Source of the DNA: Cyanobacteria bacterium auto_48_18
GTDB lineage: Bacteria > Cyanobacteriota > Vampirovibrionia > Obscuribacterales > Obscuribacteraceae
Reading direction: 5' to 3'
DNA: 64,000 bases
Assembly: GCA_036170915.1 (NCBI GenBank)
Contig: JAVHQC010000035.1
Coordinates: forward strand, 64,001 to 128,000
Shown here: positions 58,130-64,000 of the stretch, one piece after another
Position numbering within the stretch: the stretch's first letter is position 1
How the letters are laid out: each line of letters opens with the position of its first letter
Notes under the pieces: model-generated
What the model was told of the DNA's origin: nothing
Databases searched by the model: none
What the model saw: only the letters and a program-made list of their open reading frames with translations
Program-made: the position numbers and the translations under genes

Positions 58130-59809
58130 TTATGTGGCTTGTGAAAGCACATAATTGACCAGCGTGCGCGCACCAAAACCGGTGCCGCCTTTACAGAACT
58201 CGTCGCGCTCGCGATCGAGCCAGGCCATGCCGGCTATATCAAGGTGGGCCCAGGGTTTACCCTCAGTAAACTCCTTTAAGAACATGGCAGCACAACTAGA
58301 ACCTGCTTCGCCGCGCGAACCGGCATTTTTCAAATCAGCAATGTCACTCTTTAAGGCGTCTTTATATTCGACAAATAAAGGCAACTGCCAGTATTGCTCT
58401 GAGCTTGCGGCACCACTGGCGATGACAGAGTTCACCAGATTTTGGTCTGAGCCCATAATTCCGGCGGCTACACGGCCCAGGGCCGATACTACAGCACCAG
58501 TCAAAGTAGCGATATCGATAATCTCGTCAGCACCATTGCGCAGGGCATAAGTAATGGCATCAGCCAACACGAGCCGCCCTTCAGCGTCGGTATTATTCAC
58601 TTCAATGGTTTTACCATTCATCGATTTGAGCACGTCTCCCGGATGCAGCGCAGCTGAGCCCGGCATATTTTCAGTGGCGGGTATCACAGCTAACACCGAT
58701 ACCTCTGGTTTGACTTTAGCAATTACCTGCATGGCTGCAAGTACTGCTGCCGCTCCGGCCATGTCATATTTCATATGCTCCATGCCCACAGCGGTTTTCA
58801 ATGATAAGCCGCCAGAGTCAAAGGTAATGCCTTTCCCCACCAGACCAATAGTTTTTTTGCTTTTTGTTTTGGCAGCAGTGTACTTGAGAACGATTAAACG
58901 CAGAGGTTCTTTTGCTCCACGAGCTACACCAAGAAAAGCTCCCATACCAAGCTTTGTCACTTGTTCGGGATCAAGTATTTTAATAGTCAAACCATTGTCG
59001 GCGGCAATTTTGCTGGCCGCTTGAGCCAGCCTGGTTGGCGTCATCACGGCTGGCGGTTCGGCAATGAGCGCCCGTGCCATATTAGTCGCCTCAGCCATGG
59101 AAACGGCTAAGAAAGCCGCTTTCTTCACTTGAGCAGCGCTAAGATCGCGGCTAAAAACATTCAAAGTGCAATTGACTGAAGAATTGGCTGCTGCTCTTTT
59201 ATCGTCTGCTCTGGTTTTGTACTGAGCAAAATTGAAAGACGACAAGATCCACGATTCGACTAAAGAAGACAAACAGTCAGAAGCATCCAGCGTCTTTCTT
59301 GCGGCCGGTAGATCGGCTTTGCTTTTTTTGGCACCGACCGCTTTTGTGCCATTTGCCGTTGCAGTTGCACAAGTACGCATAAGCAGTGCAACGTTTCTCA
59401 CAACAATTGTTTTAGGGCTCTTCTTAGCTGCAGTCGCTTTATCTTTATCTGTGTCTTTGTCTTTATCGCTGAGAGCCTGAGCATTATTGAGGGCAGTAAT
59501 TTTCTTTGAAATTTGTACGCCCAGTTTGCGATATGCAGAGAGCGTCACGTCTGCTTCAGTACCGAGACCAAACAAGAATAATCTTTTAAATGGTGCTTTA
59601 CCATACGTGGGCAAAATCAGCTGCTGGCCTAATCTTCCGCCAAAACCGTCTTCTGCTGCCATGTTTGCCAGAGCAGTAATGAGGCTCTGATCTATTTTTA
59701 GCTCCAGAGCACTCAGGGCATCAAGAATTTTTTCCTGATTGAATACTCCCACTACCAGCAGATCCGCTGCCAGAGCGCCTGCAGCACCAGATTGTAATTT
59801 TACGTCCAT
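58130..59809 (-). CDS. pepA: Leucyl aminopeptidase (M17)
   Basis: GKGITFDSGG..K, MKYDMAG, NTDAEGRL, ATLTG, HLDIAG. Confidence 0.95.
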   Translation of the reverse strand: MDVKLQSGAAGALAADLLVVGVFNQEKILDALSALELKIDQSLITALANMAAEDGFGGRLGQQLILPTYGKAPFKRLFLFGLGTEADVTLSAYRKLGVQISKKITALNNAQALSDKDKDTDKDKATAAKKSPKTIVVRNVALLMRTCATATANGTKAVGAKKSKADLPAARKTLDASDCLSSLVESWILSSFNFAQYKTRADDKRAAANSSVNCTLNVFSRDLSAAQVKKAAFLAVSMAEATNMARALIAEPPAVMTPTRLAQAASKIAADNGLTIKILDPEQVTKLGMGAFLGVARGAKEPLRLIVLKYTAAKTKSKKTIGLVGKGITFDSGGLSLKTAVGMEHMKYDMAGAAAVLAAMQVIAKVKPEVSVLAVIPATENMPGSAALHPGDVLKSMNGKTIEVNNTDAEGRLVLADAITYALRNGADEIIDIATLTGAVVSALGRVAAGIMGSDQNLVNSVIASGAASSEQYWQLPLFVEYKDALKSDIADLKNAGSRGEAGSSCAAMFLKEFTEGKPWAHLDIAGMAWLDRERDEFCKGGTGFGARTLVNYVLSQAT

Positions 59810-59818
59810 TGGGTTTCC

Positions 59819-61783
59819 TCAAGTACTGCTATTGATCACGCGTGCCACTATTTCGTCTACGATTTTGCTGTCTACTTGCCGCCGACAATAAGCAAGGTAG
59901 GCTTCCATCCAGCGGCGCAATTCTAAAAGCACTGCTGAAACCGGCACACCATCACGTTTCATCTGAGCAAGATTAACTGATATACGACCTTCATGGTCTA
60001 CGTGAAAACGAGATTTTGCCGGCGAGTCGCCATGCACATAGTGCAAAGATGCTTGCAAGAGCGCCTTATTGTCTTCGCGACCGACTAGCTCTTGCATCTC
60101 AGCGCCGATTTTCTGCAAAACAATGAGCGGACGAAAGAGACTGGCCTGTTGAATATTAGCCAACTTCAGCTCAGTGAGCATATACAACGATTTGACAATT
60201 TTATGAGTGGGCCAGTTATCGAAAGCCTTAATTACTTCGTCGATGGTAGACAAACCGTCTATAAGAGAAGCCAGCTCAGCAATCATTGAGCGGTCTTCAC
60301 GACTCAATACAGTCTCGTCCATCAAGCGTATAGGCGCACCGTTATACTGCTGCCAGACCATCTCGAAATTCCAGACTCTCTCTAAAATCGAATCTCGCCC
60401 CTGGGGCAGACTGGCAAAAATTTGATTGACTTGATCTTGGCAGAGTGCCGAGTCTAAGAGCAAGCGCTCTAGTGTCTGAGTAATTTTGCAATTTTCATCA
60501 AATTCTTGAGACAGTCCTTTGTCTCGAAAAACAAAAATGCCCTCGCTCCAGACTGTAATAAATTCGACCATGGCGTGATAGCCGCGCAACTTATTCATTT
60601 TGGCGTGAGTGGGTTTGCCGTCCACAAAAGCGACAATCAATATTTTTTCGCGATCTTCTACGGTGAGCAAACCGGTTTTCTTGGCCGTTCCCAGTGACTG
60701 TAAAAGGCCAGCCGTATCAATAGCACCGAGGCTTCCGATCATAGAATCGCGCATAGTTTCAATATTGACTGTACGCGAGACGCCTGGCAGTTCGTCTTCG
60801 GTGCGCCTGTGATAGCCACCATAAAGATATTGATCGTCAAGCAAAACTTCTAGCTCACGAGTGTTCAAATAACCGGCACGCACGGCCAGAAGACCAAGGA
60901 AAGTGCGTTGCTGTTTGCCCCAACCTTCTTCTTGTTGCCGCTCAAGAAGCTCGCGTAACTGCGTTTCAGTGAGAATGCCGCAGGCCACCATATAGCGCCC
61001 AAGGCGGAAGGGCTTGCGATTATGATAACAATTTGACAAAAATTGAATGCGCGAAAATACAGGAAAAATTAAACGTGCCGCTTCCAGCTCTTGCAATATT
61101 CGCAAAGCTTCATCAGAAGGCAGTTGATGGTGCGATTCTACATTGCGCACAATCGACTCAACTGAAGCATAATCTTCTACCATCTGCATCACCCAGTTTT
61201 GCGGCGCAGGCAGGGTAAAGTCACCCTTTACTTGCTTACCGTCTGAGGTCAAAACAGGAATTGAAGTTGAGAGAATGTGATTGGCCAGAGTGCTGCCACC
61301 ACCTTTGAGGCGGCGGCGATCGATACCACTAACAGTGGCACAGGCATAGTCAGCCAGCAGCGGGTAGCGAGTGAAAATACCAAAGGGACTGTCGTAAATA
61401 TTGAACGTCAGACCACCAGCAGGATCGTCTTTCGTTAGAGTAATAGCGCCGTCGCCCTTTACAAAAAGCAGCACTCCTTGCGGGTTAAGGAGCTTCTTCG
61501 CGTACATAGCAAATTTAACTAAAGCATCTAAAGGCAGCGAAAAACCAGTCTGCATCAGATCAATGATCAGGCCATCTAAACTTTTACCGGTCTCCACCAA
61601 TTTGTCTAGTTGACTATATAGATTTTCGCGATAAGAAAATGTCAAAAAGGCCAGGGAAGAATTGAGATAATTTTCAGTTGCTTCTTTTTCGCTATTTGAC
61701 GGTCCAGAAGATCCAGATGATCCGGGCGACCCGGACGAACCAGATGCAGCCTGTGGAGCATCGTTAGGAGAGAAGTCAGCCAT
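59819..61783 (-). CDS. MshEN plus DUF4388 domain protein
   Basis: RLGRYMVACGILTETQLRELLERQ..FLGLLAVRAGYLNTRELEVLLDDQ; GSLGAIDTAGLLQSL..KKTGLL..F.DGK..W.EGIFVF. Confidence 0.82.
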   Translation of the reverse strand: MADFSPNDAPQAASGSSGSPGSSGSSGPSNSEKEATENYLNSSLAFLTFSYRENLYSQLDKLVETGKSLDGLIIDLMQTGFSLPLDALVKFAMYAKKLLNPQGVLLFVKGDGAITLTKDDPAGGLTFNIYDSPFGIFTRYPLLADYACATVSGIDRRRLKGGGSTLANHILSTSIPVLTSDGKQVKGDFTLPAPQNWVMQMVEDYASVESIVRNVESHHQLPSDEALRILQELEAARLIFPVFSRIQFLSNCYHNRKPFRLGRYMVACGILTETQLRELLERQQEEGWGKQQRTFLGLLAVRAGYLNTRELEVLLDDQYLYGGYHRRTEDELPGVSRTVNIETMRDSMIGSLGAIDTAGLLQSLGTAKKTGLLTVEDREKILIVAFVDGKPTHAKMNKLRGYHAMVEFITVWSEGIFVFRDKGLSQEFDENCKITQTLERLLLDSALCQDQVNQIFASLPQGRDSILERVWNFEMVWQQYNGAPIRLMDETVLSREDRSMIAELASLIDGLSTIDEVIKAFDNWPTHKIVKSLYMLTELKLANIQQASLFRPLIVLQKIGAEMQELVGREDNKALLQASLHYVHGDSPAKSRFHVDHEGRISVNLAQMKRDGVPVSAVLLELRRWMEAYLAYCRRQVDSKIVDEIVARVINSST

Positions 61784-61787
61784 AGCC

Positions 61788-63248
61788 TCAATTCTTGCGA
61801 ACAGCAGGAGATGTTGCAGCGGGTTTATCAGCGCCCGAATTTGTACCGCCAGTGGTGGCGCTTGAATTTACGCTCGAAGTAGCAGCGCCGCCTGGCAGCA
61901 CCATGGTGCCGCTCAATTTCTGCGCAATAGCATCTGAAGGGGCTACAAACAGGGCTTTAATCGCCAGTTGACCTCGACGTGGTCCGGGTTGGGTAATGCG
62001 ACCGACTTCTATAATCAAATCGTTTTTAGCCGAGGTAACGAGACGATAACGCGCTGCACCACCCTGAGAAGACATGGCCACAAGGCGCATGGGTGGGCTG
62101 ACTCTACCGAATAAACCAAGATATTTTGGAATCGAAACTAACTTACTATCCACAAGCCATGACTTAGCGATGTCTGGTCGGCTGTTAACTACAGCCTGGC
62201 AAAAGCTCAATGCAATAGATTGTGGTGCGTCGTCAGCGGCATGGCCAGCTAAAGTATATTTGCCGCCAATAAATTTGAGAATGACTTTGTAACCCGCAGT
62301 GCTGGCCGCAGCAACTGGTTTCGAAATTGTATCTTTGACCAGACCAGGAATTTTATCTTCGTCTCGCTTCTCTACTCGAGCTGGCGCTGGTGGCTGAATA
62401 GTGAGGACAATGTCATTTCCGGAAAAAGCTGCTTTTCCAGTGACGTTTTGGGTGAAGAACGCCGGCAGAGCACTAAAAAGTTCCGGTGCTTCAGGAATTC
62501 CCTCAACAAGCTGGAAGCCCTTAAACCATAATGCTGCAGTGGTGCGATCTGCACCAATCAAAACCAGTGACTTTGGCCCACTAGCGCTAACTGCAGGATG
62601 GACTACTTTGGTAACCTTAGTAATACTGCTTTTGCCTTTTTTGACCACCACCACTTTTGCTGGTGCGTGGGCAACACCACCAACTATGTGGGCATCACGG
62701 AAAGATACATTCTGAGGTAATGGAATAGCAGTAGTGCGTGCTGGTGTCTGAAAAATTACGGCATGACTTTCTCTTATTGACGGGAAACTCCACACTCTAA
62801 AATTACCGATTCCGGTTTCACTGACTTTGACTTTGAATTCGCCCAGTGAGGGGTTAGCTGCCACTACGTGGGCCGGCTCTGCGGATACATACTGGGGCAA
62901 AGCCAACAAATCACGCAGGTAAGTGGCGTAGCGGCTCCACGACAATTCGTCAGGATTACTGCGATAGTCCTCAGCCAGAGGAACCAGGTTGGCCGCCACC
63001 AGTGAAACGGCAGGTGCTGTGGCATTCTCTTTTGTGCTTGCAGAAGTGCTTGCATTTGCGGGAGCACTGGCAGCTGCTGTTTTTGCAGCCGCTTTAACAG
63101 CTGATTTCATCGCTGGTTTTGACGCAGGCGACTTAGCCGCCGGTTTATGTGCGCTGCGCTCAATTGCCAGACTGGCGGGAACCGAAATATAGGTTGCAGC
63201 CAGAGACAGCGACAAAAGTGAACTTGCAAGTTTTTTCGAATTTGTCAT
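61788..63248 (-). CDS. Hypothetical exported protein with Ala/Lys-rich N-terminal linker
   Basis: ATG 63248 gives a signal peptide (MTNSKK..ASLA). Confidence 0.7.
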   Translation of the reverse strand: MTNSKKLASSLLSLSLAATYISVPASLAIERSAHKPAAKSPASKPAMKSAVKAAAKTAAASAPANASTSASTKENATAPAVSLVAANLVPLAEDYRSNPDELSWSRYATYLRDLLALPQYVSAEPAHVVAANPSLGEFKVKVSETGIGNFRVWSFPSIRESHAVIFQTPARTTAIPLPQNVSFRDAHIVGGVAHAPAKVVVVKKGKSSITKVTKVVHPAVSASGPKSLVLIGADRTTAALWFKGFQLVEGIPEAPELFSALPAFFTQNVTGKAAFSGNDIVLTIQPPAPARVEKRDEDKIPGLVKDTISKPVAAASTAGYKVILKFIGGKYTLAGHAADDAPQSIALSFCQAVVNSRPDIAKSWLVDSKLVSIPKYLGLFGRVSPPMRLVAMSSQGGAARYRLVTSAKNDLIIEVGRITQPGPRRGQLAIKALFVAPSDAIAQKLSGTMVLPGGAATSSVNSSATTGGTNSGADKPAATSPAVRKN

Positions 63249-63481
63249 TAATTTGCCGGTGAGTGAGTAACAAGCGCTAATTCCTGCAAATTTTAACCGC
63301 TTGACCTCGAGCCGCGCGTAAGTAAGCTCTAACGCGACAGACCAGCAAGAGTGGAGAAAGATAAATCTTTTGCACAATCGTCAAAATCGAGGTGGAAATC
63401 GTGGGGATCCTCCCATGATTGCCATGGACAAGCGCTCCGGCCGGTTGTAGATTGAAAGGACGCCTCTCAAGGACCCAGCGA

Positions 63482-64000
63482 ATGTCACCCCTCGATTTCA
63501 GATCTTCCGAACCTTTAGACCAGGCAGCCAACAGCAACCTGGCTGGCGGCGGCGATTCTATTGCCCGTGAAGTGCAAAATCAATTCTCTGGCCTGGCTTC
63601 CGCTGGTAAAGATGCTGCTATGGCGGCAATTCCAGGTGGCGCCGAGTCTGGGCTAGGTGCAATTGGTGCTGCCGGCGAACAAGCCGTTTCACCTTTGATT
63701 AATATGATTACAAAGATGCCAGGTCACATCGGTTTGATGAGCAGCTTCTTTGAAATGTTGGGGGCATTCTTCAGCCCTCAGCTTGAAGCCCTTGGCCAGT
63801 TCGGCATGTCGCTTGGTCTCGATGGTTCCCTGTTGCAAGATCTTGGCGGCGACACTATTTCGACGTTGACTTCGATGACATCTGAACACTTTGCTCTCAA
63901 TCTTGGACTACTTCCAGGCAACGCACCTATATTTGGTAACCTGGGCGGCCTCCACGGCAGCTTCAATTCTGATTTACTTTCCAGCAAACTCAATGCCTCT
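63482..64000 (+). CDS. Hypothetical Gly/Ala/Ser-rich protein, 3'-truncated by the window
   Basis: AAGGA SD, ATG 63482, frame open to the window end (MSPLDFRSSEPLDQAANSNLAGGG...). Confidence 0.7.
   Translation, partial: MSPLDFRSSEPLDQAANSNLAGGGDSIAREVQNQFSGLASAGKDAAMAAIPGGAESGLGAIGAAGEQAVSPLINMITKMPGHIGLMSSFFEMLGAFFSPQLEALGQFGMSLGLDGSLLQDLGGDTISTLTSMTSEHFALNLGLLPGNAPIFGNLGGLHGSFNSDLLSSKLNAS

Noticed and set aside
63249..63377. N-terminal extension of the 61788 ORF
   Set aside because: ATG 63248 yields a proper signal peptide; the extension looks non-coding.

Overview
A gene-dense bacterial chromosomal window with no rRNA, CRISPR array, prophage or IS element that I can see. Gene content (AsmA-like and Wzy_C envelope genes, GAF-rich signalling, no photosynthesis genes here) suggests a non-photosynthetic cyanobacterial relative such as Vampirovibrionia/Obscuribacterales. 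That placement is an inference only. Housekeeping genes include rsfS, HU, rpsO-pnp, a Xer recombinase, rpsF-ssb-rpsR-tRNA-Leu-infC-rpmI-rplT-trmH, tatC, folK-acpS, trpS, a sigma70, mgtE, a pccB-like gene and pepA. The best candidate for a new system lies at about 45.5-61.8 kb. A divergent ECF-like sigma factor behind a structured leader is followed by a 1547-aa protein. That protein joins a Cys-less anti-sigma-like N-terminus, through about 1200 aa of Pro/Ala/Trp disordered sequence with three families of repeated motifs, to a C-terminal Roadblock/MglB domain. Two DUF4388 proteins flank the pair, one with an intact and one with a degenerate MshEN c-di-GMP motif. Other highlights: an unannotated 36-aa very basic ORF before trpS, an AT-hook inserted in the Xer catalytic domain, an active/inactive M50-TPR paralog pair, a RacA-like HTH/Zn-ribbon charged-block protein, an effector-like kinase-fold protein, an orphan MazF, and candidate S6:S18 and L20 mRNA leaders. 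All domain calls come from motif recognition by eye, not database searches.
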